Part shown: positions 39,197 to 51,074 of the stretch, piece after piece | How positions within the stretch are numbered: the first letter of the stretch is position 1 | Layout: every line of letters begins with the position of its first letter | DNA from: a virus | Taxonomy: Duplodnaviria; Heunggongvirae; Uroviricota; Caudoviricetes | Length of the DNA stretch: 51,560 nucleotides | IMG/VR virus record: IMGVR_UViG_2537561778_000008 | Strand: one strand, 5' to 3' | Notes under the pieces: model-generated | Database searches by the model: none | Seen by the model: only the letters and a program-made list of their open reading frames with translations | What the model was told of the DNA's origin: nothing | Made by a program: the position numbers and the translations under genes

Positions 39197-42100
39197 TTAT
39201 GCGTATTGTTGGATGACGGCCAGAACGTCCGCCACGTTGTGTTTTGTCTCGATAATCCACCAGTTACCTGGGAAGTCGCTGTTCTTCGCCTTCGCTGGCA
39301 GCCAGCGAGCGCCGAATTTCGCCTTGATTGCGTCTTTCGCACGGAAAAGAACGCCTTTCATGCCTGAGGCTTCCTGAAGCCCAAATACCTCGCCAGCGGC
39401 GAATTTTGGTGCGTACATCATCTTCAGGTCGGCGGTGGATACGCGATAATTCAGACCAAGAGACTGAGCTATGCTGGTGGCATCACCCTGTATTGATGAT
39501 AACTCTTCTTGTTTCTCGTTTCTGGCGGCAATTTCTTCCTCCGTGATGTTGCCAAGGGCCAGGTTTATCCGATCAGCGTCGGCCTGTTTCTCTTCATCGG
39601 TGCGCCCGGCAAGAACCGTGTTAATTCTCTGCAATATCTCCACATGATTCTTGCGCATGCTGAGCAATTCCGGCGTAACCTCGTTAAGATCCACCAGCCC
39701 AAGGATGGCAAGGTCGGAAAACATTGATACCAGGTTGTAGGTCATGCGATAGCTGAGTTGGCCATAGGCTGATGGCAACTGCACCGCATCCATTTGATAG
39801 GCATCCATAAATTTAGAGCCGTCGTTTACGACATCCGCAATTGCAGGTGTGATTTTCCCTGTGGTGGCGGCCTCCCTGATTGCTGTTACCCATGATTGAG
39901 TCAGTGCGGCGACTGCATGATTCAGATTGGCTTCCCGTTCTGCTGCGATGCGCGCGCTTGCTGAGTCCATTGCCTGCTTGATCTCGGCTTTATTGCTGTA
40001 AATGCCGATGGTGCCAAACTGTGCTGTGGTGATCTCATAATCTGACGCCCGGAACTCATGGGTACCGAAAATGGCATTGGTGACCTCAAGTTCAGAATCC
40101 CCGTTACGAGTAGCCCCCTGGCTTGTTTTCTCCGGCATTTTTGCGATCGCATCCGCTATTTTCTCCTGAATTGCTTCAGGGGATAGCGTATCTCCGTATG
40201 ACGCGATTACATCGCCATAATTGGAGCCAAACAATTCAACCAGGAATGTTTCTGCCGAACGGATCTGGCGGTTATTCCCTTCCGACATCATACCAAGCAC
40301 CCATTTTGCAATTGACGACTTCAGCGCGCCGTCACGGCGATCCGGGTAAACCGCATGCTTCAGTGGGGCCGTATAGGAACCAACAAAATCAATGCTATAG
40401 CCTGACTCTGTAGTCTGAACGCCGTATGAGTCAGTGATTTTGATCATGCCGCGCTGCTGGAAACGGTAGAAATCGTCACAGGAAATGATGTCGTTAATCC
40501 CGGCGATGGAGACGCCACCACTGATTTTCTGCATAACAGCATCTTCATCGGGAGTTACATCAACCTGTTTATCCAGCGTCTTCACATCCCAGTTACCCGA
40601 TTTGGTGCCTTTGAAGGTAAAGATGATCTCCACGTCTGCGCGCTGGCTGTCGAAGTCCAGCGACTTAATGCGAACGATATCACCGGCACAATCATAGTAT
40701 TGGCCTACACGCCATGAGCGATCGCCGATAACAAGGAACTCATTCGCATGGTTAACCAGATCAGGATCAACATCCAGAATGCCTTTATTTATTGCATCCT
40801 CCACCAGCGGGCGCAGGCGTTTGATATCCGTCGCGGCCTTCTGAGTACGGTTCAATAATTTCTCATAGCGGGAGATGGCCTGAGAGATATTAGCCTTGCG
40901 CTGAATGGCTCTTTTCAACGACGCGCGATACTGTGCTAACAACATACGGTCTGTGTGATGGACGCTACCCCAGCGGGCTTTCCAGTCTGCGTTATCAGCT
41001 GCTTTGGCCATTACCGCCTGTTTGAATTTGGCGACGTCGGCGGTGGTCTTTTCAAGTTCCGCTTTGCTTCGCTCCAATTCAGCGGTAAGTACCTCCACAT
41101 CCTCACCAGCTGCGTGCTGCGCCTTGATGTAGTTCTGAAGGTCGATAGTAGCCTGTTCTTTCTGGCGAGCGCGTTTCGCAGCTTTCGCCTTATCCATTTG
41201 AACCTGCATCATTACCAGACGTTCGCCGTCATCCTTCGCGGTATACATCTGCATTTCGATCATGTCATTGGCGTCGGCGTTCTCCATTTCTGACTTATCT
41301 GAACGGAGGATATCGGAGATCCAGCCTGCTTTACGCTTCAGCGTCTTCAGTCGGTATTCATCGAAAGACCCCTTGCCGCAGTAGTAGTGAACGCGAACGC
41401 TTGCACGGTTGGAGCCAACTCGTGCACCGCGACCGTTACGTTGTGCGATACTGGCTGGTGTCCACGGCAACGTCAGGTGGTGGATATCCGTCGTTCCTCG
41501 ATGCAGGTTGATACCCACCTCTGCCTTTTTGTTGCAGATGATGATCGGAGTCCGGCCCTCCTGGAAGTCGGCTGCAATCTTTTCCAGACCGCCCAACGAC
41601 ATTTCATTTTGCTGCGCGATATAGGCGTCATACAGAGCCATTTGCTCGTTGTATTTCGCTATCTGTGCATCTGTTGGTTCATCCGGTAGCTCTTTCGGCG
41701 GTTTAACCGCTTTCAGTTTCTTACCGGTTTTACCTGCCTCGGCAACCGTCTGAGCATTCAGGATCCCCACCTTTGAAGGTTCAAGGTCTAGAGCATTGCA
41801 GATAATGCGCTTGAGCTTCTGGTGCTGCGTTTTTTCATCGGTGAAGATGACTTGCTTACCTTCCGGGAAAAACTCCTTCAGCGTGGCGATCAGCTTCGCG
41901 TATTTCGGCGTAACGGGGTGAGTTACGGTCAGTTCGTCAATGCCAAACCTGGCCAGGCGCTTATTCACTTCCTGCTCGAACGCTTCCGGAACCTGCAACT
42001 GAATAAACTCGCCCTTATCTATCAGGGAGTATTGCGATTGCTGCGTGATTGAATCATCACTGTCGTCGTCTTCGCTGGTGGCTTGTTTAGGCAAACTGTC

Positions 42101-45100
42101 CGCCAGCTGCTGCACCGCATCGGCGTACTCCGGCAGGAAACGATAGGTGATCCGGCGATAGTACAGGTCCATGTCAGTACATACGCGGTCCATATCCCTG
42201 ATTATTGAGAAGATCGGACGGGCTTTCTCGTGCTCAATCACGCCGTCTTCATTGACCGAGGTCGTTACGCCATTGTTGGCTTTGGCCGCCGCTTCCGCCT
42301 GCTGACGCAATTCTTCATACGCCGCCAGTTGTTCTTCAGTAAGTGGTGCATCCTGCTGGTGTTCGTCCAGCTCCGGGATCTCCACGGTATCCTTAACGTC
42401 TTCCGCCGTTTTAAGCGTTACCCAGCGATGGAATATACCGCGCAGCGCATCAAGGTTTTCAAAGCCCACCAGCGCCATTTTTTCTTCAACTTCACCGCTG
42501 ATTTTCTGTACCGTTTCCAGCCTGGTCTTGCCGAAGAATTTAACGAAGTCATCAGGACCGTAGATCCCCATCTTCTGCCAGTATTCCTTCGGCAGCACAT
42601 GAGAAAGCATGTTGTATGCATCGATCGGGGTGTTAACGACTGGCGTTGCAGTCAGGAGAACCGGTCCGCGCCCACCATTCTTTTTCATCAGGTACGCGTT
42701 TTTAATTGCCATATCCCGCGCCGATTGCGCCACCGCGCTGGTGGGCAGATAGGCCAGTTGTGACGCTTCGCGACCATTTTTATAGCTATTGCGGTAGTTG
42801 TGACCTTCGTCAGCGATCACACTATCGAAGCCCATATCCTCAAAGTACGGATACTTCTCTGCTTTTTCGGTGCCGGTATCTGAATACTCCGACAATACCC
42901 GGCGACGCGCGGCCTCTTTGCGGTGGGAGTCGGAGTCCATTGCGCTGGCTACGCGTCCGGCGGCAACGAAGTCATAAAGCATATCCTGTGCATGCTCATC
43001 TACGGTGTCATCACGTAGCGGAATGCGGGCGTATTGTTCTTTGGTAAACACGACTGCACGGTAATTTGAGTGCGGGATCGCGTTCATCCGCGCCGTGATA
43101 GTGGCTTCATCTGCCAGCTTAAGAGCATCGCGCATAACTGGAGTGCCATCAGTACCAAGAACAGGTTTACCGTTCTCATCGAGCACCGGCACCTGGCGAA
43201 TCTGATCGCCATCCATCAGCACATCAAGACCGACGAACAGGTAGTTACTGAATGCCTCTTCACTCAGGAATTCTTTTGCTTCGTAATACCAGTTTTCCAG
43301 CACTGATTTAGGCACTACATACGCAGTACGGGTGGAGCGACCGTTCTCATAGTTGAACGCCTCAAGCGCCAGCGCGGTCGTGGTTTTACCCAGCCCGGTG
43401 CCGAAGCCCAGGATGCCGCGCCCATCTTCGGACAGTCGGCGCACCTCGCTATTCTGGTAATCAAATGGCTGGCGCTTACCGCTTAATCCCTTCAACCCAA
43501 GCGGATCGCCAGAGTGTTCATACGGGATATTGCTATTGAACACATCGTTGTATTTGGCAACCAGTTCATCGTAGCGATCGTGCGTCTTGATCCACTTATT
43601 GAACTGGTCCTCAAGCAGTGCCATCTGCTCGCGGTAGCCGTTCGCCGTCGCGCTATCTTTGCCACCGATACGCGCACCATTGAGATACTTTTCCAGCTGT
43701 GCCGGGAACCCGGTCGCGTTTTCACCTGATTTACGGTCCCACTCGTAGCGGATCTCGCCTGTTTCTTTATCCTTGCGCTGGACGACACCGTATCGGTGCC
43801 CGACGAACAGACCATCACCACCGTGATAGGTGTCAGAAACCATTTCGTCGCCTTCCAGCTGCACTGACTGCACATAGCGAAGATCTGGATAGCCGTTTTC
43901 CTGCAAAAATTCCAGAATGACGGAACGGTCGAACCAACGGCTATTGAGCTTAAAGCGGATATTCTCTGCTGGCGTCTTGATGCGCTTCTCTTCGATCGCT
44001 GCCAGCTGATTAAGGACGTTGTTCTTTACTGGACCGTCGGGGAGTGTGGCAAGGAATTCCTGTTTTGGTGCCACTATCTCGTTAATGTCGCCGCTGGTGG
44101 CGCGGGCGAACGGAACAATCCCGCCATACGGTGAAACCGCAATGCCAGGGGTGCTGGCCAATAAATTAAGCAACTCGTCATCACTGGCTGGCAGTTCGCC
44201 GGTAAACGCAAGGCGGAAATCATCGAGCTGGATTGGATCGCGAGTGAGATCACTGTAGAGATAACGCAGGGTGTCCTGATAGCTGGTGGAGTCATAACTG
44301 GCGCTGGAATCATGCGTAACCAGTTTTCCTGTCAGCTCGTCAGAAATAGTGCCATCCAGCTTAATTGCACCACGGAAAGCAAACCAGGCGCGCGCACCGC
44401 TCCCCGATAATTTCGCTATCGGACCGCGACCGGGGTTACCAAAACGGTCAATCTCTGCCTGCAAACGGGATACCAGAGAAAGGCGCTGCTGTTCGATTTG
44501 TTCAGCACTATGCCCGGCGGCCTTCATGTCCTGATATTCAATTAACATCCGGCCAATCATCGCCCCGCGATACAAGCGTTCACGGTATTTTTCAGGCTGG
44601 CTGTTAATCCAGTCCACCAGCTGCACCATATCGTCGCTGATTGATGTGGTGTACTTATCGCGGACATTTGCCATCTGGGTAAATGTCATGCCGAGACGGC
44701 CTTCTGTTGTAGTCAGGTTACGCTGAAGAGCCTCCCAGCTATCCGCGCCATAACTGGCAGCATCGATCTTAAGTTCCTTCCCGGCATCAGCTTCAATCCA
44801 GCGACCACCAGCATATTTTTGCCATACACCATTAATCAGGCGCATTTCCCCTTCACCAACAACGTCTGCGGTCGGTGACGGTTCAGCCATATCGAGCAAA
44901 GACCAGTCGATACGGCTTTCGAAACGATGAATCAGCTTCGCTTTAAGAGCCTGGTTATCAATCTGACCGTCGGCACGAACCTCAATACGCCCCTGGAAGC
45001 CCTTTTCCTGGGTGCCATGAACAAACCGGCGGCCATCCTTTTCAAACCACTTGCCAGAAATAAACGTTGGCCAAAGCACATTTGCCGATTCAAGAGTGCC

Positions 45101-45964
45101 TTCATCCACCAGGGGGATTTTCTCAGCCATCTCTGCCGGATGTTTGCGCATCAGCACCACATCAACGACTGTACTGGTCCCGTTTGCGTCAAAAGTGCCG
45201 GTAGGCAAGCGGTGAGCGCCAAGAAATTCAGCTTTACGGGATAGGCGCAGGCGTAACCGCTTCATGTTTGAACCTGAAACAATGGACGGCGGCACAATCA
45301 CACACATGAATCCGCCTGGCTTTATCTTGTCCAGCATGCGGAGCATGAAGTAAGAACCCATGTCCGTTTCTTCTGCGTAAGGCTTATCGATGTTGCGTGT
45401 GTTATCACGACCACCGAACGGAACGTTACCCACAACATGGTCGAATGAATCGTTAGGCGTGCTTACAGCCAGCTGTTCGAACGGGGAAATCTGTACGCTG
45501 TCTTCCGGATGTAACAGCTGGTTTATACGACCGGAAATGCTGCTGATCTCAGTTGCGGTCATCACCGTACCAACCGGTTTTGTCTCATTAAAAACGCCGG
45601 TGCCCGCCGATGGTTCCAGAGTGTTACCTACATCCGCGCCATAGAGCTTCATGATCTCCCAGACGCCTTCAGCGATAGGCTTTGGTGTGTAATATTCGGA
45701 GACGGACCCGCCAATGCCGCCTTCACCGGTGTAACCAGCCAGGATCTGGCGCTGTTCATCTGTCAGTGTCGCGCCGTCCACCAGCGAATTAAGCAAATCT
45801 ATCGCCTTCTGATTCGCCTCCCGGCGCAGTCGGTCATAGCTTTTGCCTTCCACCTTTTCCACGCCGTATCTAATCGGCGCTCGATGAGATGTTATTGCCC
45901 TAATGTATTTCAATATTTCGCTGACACTTGAACAGCGAAACACTCCCATAGATAGCTTGTTCAT
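39197..45964 (-). CDS. darB: DarB antirestriction protein (methyltransferase-helicase fusion)
   Basis: 2255 aa, same length as P1 DarB as I recall; N6-adenine MTase-like NVPFG motif; SF2 helicase Walker A GFGTGLGKT and IADEGHN box. Confidence 0.9.
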   Translation of the reverse strand: MNKLSMGVFRCSSVSEILKYIRAITSHRAPIRYGVEKVEGKSYDRLRREANQKAIDLLNSLVDGATLTDEQRQILAGYTGEGGIGGSVSEYYTPKPIAEGVWEIMKLYGADVGNTLEPSAGTGVFNETKPVGTVMTATEISSISGRINQLLHPEDSVQISPFEQLAVSTPNDSFDHVVGNVPFGGRDNTRNIDKPYAEETDMGSYFMLRMLDKIKPGGFMCVIVPPSIVSGSNMKRLRLRLSRKAEFLGAHRLPTGTFDANGTSTVVDVVLMRKHPAEMAEKIPLVDEGTLESANVLWPTFISGKWFEKDGRRFVHGTQEKGFQGRIEVRADGQIDNQALKAKLIHRFESRIDWSLLDMAEPSPTADVVGEGEMRLINGVWQKYAGGRWIEADAGKELKIDAASYGADSWEALQRNLTTTEGRLGMTFTQMANVRDKYTTSISDDMVQLVDWINSQPEKYRERLYRGAMIGRMLIEYQDMKAAGHSAEQIEQQRLSLVSRLQAEIDRFGNPGRGPIAKLSGSGARAWFAFRGAIKLDGTISDELTGKLVTHDSSASYDSTSYQDTLRYLYSDLTRDPIQLDDFRLAFTGELPASDDELLNLLASTPGIAVSPYGGIVPFARATSGDINEIVAPKQEFLATLPDGPVKNNVLNQLAAIEEKRIKTPAENIRFKLNSRWFDRSVILEFLQENGYPDLRYVQSVQLEGDEMVSDTYHGGDGLFVGHRYGVVQRKDKETGEIRYEWDRKSGENATGFPAQLEKYLNGARIGGKDSATANGYREQMALLEDQFNKWIKTHDRYDELVAKYNDVFNSNIPYEHSGDPLGLKGLSGKRQPFDYQNSEVRRLSEDGRGILGFGTGLGKTTTALALEAFNYENGRSTRTAYVVPKSVLENWYYEAKEFLSEEAFSNYLFVGLDVLMDGDQIRQVPVLDENGKPVLGTDGTPVMRDALKLADEATITARMNAIPHSNYRAVVFTKEQYARIPLRDDTVDEHAQDMLYDFVAAGRVASAMDSDSHRKEAARRRVLSEYSDTGTEKAEKYPYFEDMGFDSVIADEGHNYRNSYKNGREASQLAYLPTSAVAQSARDMAIKNAYLMKKNGGRGPVLLTATPVVNTPIDAYNMLSHVLPKEYWQKMGIYGPDDFVKFFGKTRLETVQKISGEVEEKMALVGFENLDALRGIFHRWVTLKTAEDVKDTVEIPELDEHQQDAPLTEEQLAAYEELRQQAEAAAKANNGVTTSVNEDGVIEHEKARPIFSIIRDMDRVCTDMDLYYRRITYRFLPEYADAVQQLADSLPKQATSEDDDSDDSITQQSQYSLIDKGEFIQLQVPEAFEQEVNKRLARFGIDELTVTHPVTPKYAKLIATLKEFFPEGKQVIFTDEKTQHQKLKRIICNALDLEPSKVGILNAQTVAEAGKTGKKLKAVKPPKELPDEPTDAQIAKYNEQMALYDAYIAQQNEMSLGGLEKIAADFQEGRTPIIICNKKAEVGINLHRGTTDIHHLTLPWTPASIAQRNGRGARVGSNRASVRVHYYCGKGSFDEYRLKTLKRKAGWISDILRSDKSEMENADANDMIEMQMYTAKDDGERLVMMQVQMDKAKAAKRARQKEQATIDLQNYIKAQHAAGEDVEVLTAELERSKAELEKTTADVAKFKQAVMAKAADNADWKARWGSVHHTDRMLLAQYRASLKRAIQRKANISQAISRYEKLLNRTQKAATDIKRLRPLVEDAINKGILDVDPDLVNHANEFLVIGDRSWRVGQYYDCAGDIVRIKSLDFDSQRADVEIIFTFKGTKSGNWDVKTLDKQVDVTPDEDAVMQKISGGVSIAGINDIISCDDFYRFQQRGMIKITDSYGVQTTESGYSIDFVGSYTAPLKHAVYPDRRDGALKSSIAKWVLGMMSEGNNRQIRSAETFLVELFGSNYGDVIASYGDTLSPEAIQEKIADAIAKMPEKTSQGATRNGDSELEVTNAIFGTHEFRASDYEITTAQFGTIGIYSNKAEIKQAMDSASARIAAEREANLNHAVAALTQSWVTAIREAATTGKITPAIADVVNDGSKFMDAYQMDAVQLPSAYGQLSYRMTYNLVSMFSDLAILGLVDLNEVTPELLSMRKNHVEILQRINTVLAGRTDEEKQADADRINLALGNITEEEIAARNEKQEELSSIQGDATSIAQSLGLNYRVSTADLKMMYAPKFAAGEVFGLQEASGMKGVLFRAKDAIKAKFGARWLPAKAKNSDFPGNWWIIETKHNVADVLAVIQQYA

Positions 45965-45975
45965 TGGTAATCCTT

Positions 45976-45996
45976 AACAAGTGACTAGTGTTAAAT
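45976..45996 (+). promoter_or_regulatory. Candidate late promoter upstream of prt: AACAAGTGACTAG box followed by TTAAAT hexamer
   Basis: Box sits inside palindrome TTAACAAGTGACTAGTGTTAA; same architecture as 10544-10565. Confidence 0.35.
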
Positions 45997-46030
45997 TCCG
46001 TTCAAACACGATGCGAATTATTCTAATTAA

Positions 46031-47761
<1,731 letters not shown>

Positions 47762-49036
47762 ACGGCAAACATTCCCAATTCACAGAGTCCGACCTAAACC
47801 ACATGAAGCGGCTTAGGAATTACAGACTCTCCAAGGGCTAACACTGCCAGCCCGGCAGCTTTTATATTACGGGCCGCGTTAATATCACGATCATGCTCTG
47901 CGCCACATTCCGGGCAGTGCCATTTACGAATATTAAGAGGCATTTTTTGCATGGTGAAGCCGCAACTGCTGCAACGTTTGGAAGAAGGGAAATACTGGTC
48001 GATAGCGACAATGCTACGTCCACCCCATTCTCCTTTGTACTGGAGTTGGCGTACAAGTTCGCTCCAGCCTGCGTCAGCTATTGCTTTAGACAGCTTCGGG
48101 TTACGGATCATGTTTTTCACTTTAAGGGATTCGACGCAAACAACTTGGTTTTCGTTAATCAGTTTGCGGGACAACTTATGCAGGTTATCCATCCGACAAT
48201 CGACTATTCTCGCGTGGAGGCGGGCAACCTTTAAACGTGCTTTGGCGCGGTTCTTTGAGCCTTTTTGTTTCTTGCTCAATCTGCGCTGTAACACTGCTAA
48301 TCGCTTCGCGTATTTAGCGTTGTGTCGAGGATTGCCAGTTTTGAAACCGGTATCGGTGACGAACAAATCTTTTAAACCAATATCAATGCCGACCGTGGAA
48401 ACGGTGATCGGCAGTGATACAGGCTCAAACTCGCAGAGACAGGATACAAAATATCGTTCGGCAGCATCCCTGGTGATAGTGACAGTGGATGGAGCAGACG
48501 GCAACGGACGGCTCCAGCGAACATCTAACGGCTCTTTGCTCTTTGCCATGTACAGCTTGCCGTCACGGTATTTAAATGCGCTGGCAGTTAGTTCTGCGGC
48601 CTGTTTATGCCGCTTGCTCTTAAAAACTGGGTATGCAGCACGCCCGGCGAAAAAGTTAGCAAAAGCCGTTTGTTGGTGGCGCAGAGACTGCTGGAGGGGG
48701 ACGCAGGAAACGTCATTCAGCCAGGCGAATTCTGGTTCTTTTTTCAGTGCCGTTAATTTGGCGCTGGCTTGTGCATAGCCGACCCTCTCATGGCGTGCGT
48801 AGTACGCATCGGTGCGCCAGCGAAGGAGGCTGTTATAGACAAAACGCACACACCCAAAAGTCCGGGCTAATAGCTCGGTTTGTTCGGGAGTTGGGTAGAA
48901 TCGATATTTATAGGCACGCTTCATGTTCTATATAATACATTGAAACTAATGAGTATATAAATGAATACACGGACGAAAATGTTATCAAAGCCAATATACC
49001 AACAGACATTAGGTAAGGTAGCTGGAGGGCAATATA
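47762..49036 (-). mobile_element. IS200/IS605-family TnpB-only element inserted between prt and pro (boundaries approximate)
   Basis: TnpB gene fills nearly the whole prt-pro intergenic; no tnpA ORF; only 32 nt separate tnpB stop from prt stop. Confidence 0.6.
47794..48924 (-). CDS. tnpB: TnpB, IS200/IS605-family RuvC-like nuclease
   Basis: 376 aa; N-terminus MKRAYKYRFYPTPEQ; C-terminal zinc finger CSSCGF...CPECGAEHDRDINAARNI. Confidence 0.9.
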   Translation of the reverse strand: MKRAYKYRFYPTPEQTELLARTFGCVRFVYNSLLRWRTDAYYARHERVGYAQASAKLTALKKEPEFAWLNDVSCVPLQQSLRHQQTAFANFFAGRAAYPVFKSKRHKQAAELTASAFKYRDGKLYMAKSKEPLDVRWSRPLPSAPSTVTITRDAAERYFVSCLCEFEPVSLPITVSTVGIDIGLKDLFVTDTGFKTGNPRHNAKYAKRLAVLQRRLSKKQKGSKNRAKARLKVARLHARIVDCRMDNLHKLSRKLINENQVVCVESLKVKNMIRNPKLSKAIADAGWSELVRQLQYKGEWGGRSIVAIDQYFPSSKRCSSCGFTMQKMPLNIRKWHCPECGAEHDRDINAARNIKAAGLAVLALGESVIPKPLHVV

Positions 49037-50056
49037 ATGACTGATGTTTTGAAAACGGTCACTGACCGCTTTTGTCTCTATAGCAATGCTCGAAAAGGTC
49101 GCCAGAACGGGCGACAGTATGTATTAAGCGCGGTAAAGACCATGCTTGAAAGCAAGGAAACTCAGGAAGGTTTACGCCTTGGTGAGCTTTTCGGCTATTA
49201 CGGTCACGGTCGCCGACAGCTGACCGGCAAACTGGAAGTACCAGAAACCAGCGTAATCATGGTGGAAGGTCGCCCGGTCGTAATCGACAATGTTCCAGCG
49301 TGCCGAACAGTGGCTATATCTGTTGACGACAACGGCATCGTTACCCATACACAGGAAATTCTTAATACAGAGCCGGGGAAAATCGTCGCCGCGATGATCG
49401 AAAGCCGTGCTGGTGGCTGGAGCTGGGCCACTGGCGGGCGCGAGTCCGGGAAAATCGCTGTAACCACCAGCTTCCATGGTGTGGATTATGTGACAACGCC
49501 GAACTATATAAGTCTGGATCATCCTGCCAGTGCCGGAATGTTTGAAAGCGCGGATTCTAAATCTTTACTGGCAGAGTCCCTGGCGGCGCATGGGTACTCC
49601 GACGAGTCAGTGCAGGCCGTTATATCCCATTACGGCAAAATGGCTGAACTGGAAATGATGGTGGAGGCGACAGAGCGTACGGCAGAACTGGAGACCGCAC
49701 TACTCGAAAGCCAGGGCCGCCACCTCGAAGCAATGGCCAAGATCGCAGATGCTGAAGCGCGAATTGCTTTGCTGGAGGAAACAGCGGGTATCCGCGACGA
49801 TGTGCTGGCAGCAATGCAAGACGAACTGGATAACCTCCCGATCTTCGTCTCCGCCGCCCAAAAAGACGCATTCCGCCTCAAAGAACCTGGTGATGCAAAA
49901 ATCGTTGCCACACTTTTCGAATCTCTGATCAAAGTTGGCGCGCGCAACTTGCCTGTCACTAAGAAAATTAAAGAGGTTCCGCAAGCGGCTAACGTCCAGG
50001 CACCGCGTGAGACAAGCATCATCACGTTTAATAATTCAATCAATCCGTTCAAATAA
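49037..50056 (+). CDS. pro: Head-processing protease candidate (P1 Pro position)
   Basis: 339 aa, ATG start; coiled-coil C-terminal half; by synteny. Confidence 0.55.
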   Translation: MTDVLKTVTDRFCLYSNARKGRQNGRQYVLSAVKTMLESKETQEGLRLGELFGYYGHGRRQLTGKLEVPETSVIMVEGRPVVIDNVPACRTVAISVDDNGIVTHTQEILNTEPGKIVAAMIESRAGGWSWATGGRESGKIAVTTSFHGVDYVTTPNYISLDHPASAGMFESADSKSLLAESLAAHGYSDESVQAVISHYGKMAELEMMVEATERTAELETALLESQGRHLEAMAKIADAEARIALLEETAGIRDDVLAAMQDELDNLPIFVSAAQKDAFRLKEPGDAKIVATLFESLIKVGARNLPVTKKIKEVPQAANVQAPRETSIITFNNSINPFK

Positions 50057-50069
50057 CCACCAAAAATAA

Positions 50070-50095
50070 CCCCGGCGGCTGCCGGGGTTCTCGTT
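50070..50095 (+). terminator. Rho-independent terminator after pro
   Basis: CCCCGGC-GGCT-GCCGGGG followed by TTCTCGTT, 14 nt after stop. Confidence 0.6.
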
Positions 50096-50347
50096 AACTA
50101 TTATCACCTTCGTCTGCGTGCCATATATTTGCGCACCGCTCGGCGTGGACAATCTGAAGCGGTTTCTTTCTGCTGCATCAATCTCGCGGCCATGCTCAAA
50201 AATGTCAGGCACAGCCGAAGCCCAGCATACAATAGCGGTTCCAGTGGCCACGTTTCATTAAGCACATATACCGCCATGAAAATCGAGTCGAAAACTATCG
50301 CTGCCAGCGATAACTTCATTGTCGAAAGTCTGCGGAGCTGCCGGAGT

Positions 50348-50905
50348 TTATTCATTGACCAGTCCCGTCAGGCAAAGCTGGCGTTCTTTTTCACGGCGAA
50401 TCTTTAAACCTCGCAGGGGCACGCCGTTACTGTTCACAAAATCAGGGAGATGGTTACACATATTCACCCATTCCCCTTTCTGCGCCCACTTGTGGATGGA
50501 CGTTTCGACTCGCATGCCTCGCGCTTTGCTGTAGTAGGTCCGTAAGCTATTGCATCCCATATTGAATGCCGCGCTTGTCATTGCACTGAAGGCATTATCG
50601 GGCATGTCTTTGCCCCGGAAGTGCTGATTAATACAGCGTTCAGCGATCAGGATATTCTTTTCCCAATCAGCGGCGATTTGCTGGTCGGTTTTTCGCACAC
50701 CCGGCGTTACCCCGTGTGTATTACCGATCCCGTCAGTCCATACCCCCGCCGGGCACATGTATGGATCACGTCGGCAACCTTCAGCGTTACCAATCAGCTC
50801 AAGCCCCGCCTGGTTGGTTCGCACATTGCCATTACCCATCACGATGGTAATCATCACCGCGATAGCGCAAATTGCACCGCCTCCTGCGGCTGTTTTTCCC
50901 TTCAT
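50348..50905 (-). CDS. lyz: SAR-type endolysin Lyz
   Basis: 185 aa from ATG 50905, MKGKTAAGGGAICAIAVMITIV... then lysozyme domain; ORF extends upstream to TTG 51004. Confidence 0.85.
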   Translation of the reverse strand: MKGKTAAGGGAICAIAVMITIVMGNGNVRTNQAGLELIGNAEGCRRDPYMCPAGVWTDGIGNTHGVTPGVRKTDQQIAADWEKNILIAERCINQHFRGKDMPDNAFSAMTSAAFNMGCNSLRTYYSKARGMRVETSIHKWAQKGEWVNMCNHLPDFVNSNGVPLRGLKIRREKERQLCLTGLVNE

Positions 50906-50994
50906 AAAGACCTCATAAGCGAATTTTTTACGCTCCAGGACAAACACTAATTCACAGCCAATACCGACTAACTCGATCCCTTTAGAAGGCACAG

Positions 50995-51014
50995 GATAAT
51001 GCAAATCACTTGTT
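50995..51014 (-). promoter_or_regulatory. Weak late-promoter-like element upstream of lyz (AACAAGTGA box plus CATTAT hexamer)
   Basis: Partial copy of the AACAARTGACTAG box; lacks the CTAG half. Confidence 0.25.
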
Positions 51015-51038
51015 AGCTACGTTTCAAAGATATACATT

Positions 51039-51055
51039 ATTGCTCTAATTAATTT
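51039..51055 (+). promoter_or_regulatory. C1 operator-like site (ATTGCTCTAATTAATTT) between lyz and ssb
   Basis: 15/17 match to consensus, 20 nt upstream of ssb start. Confidence 0.5.
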
Positions 51056-51074
51056 ATTTTATTAGGTAAGATAA

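Noticed and set aside
39328-45244. Numerous 60-180 aa ORFs on the plus strand inside darB, and similar antisense ORFs inside res, mod and ban
   Set aside because: All are embedded antisense within long, intact, motif-bearing genes; no independent support.
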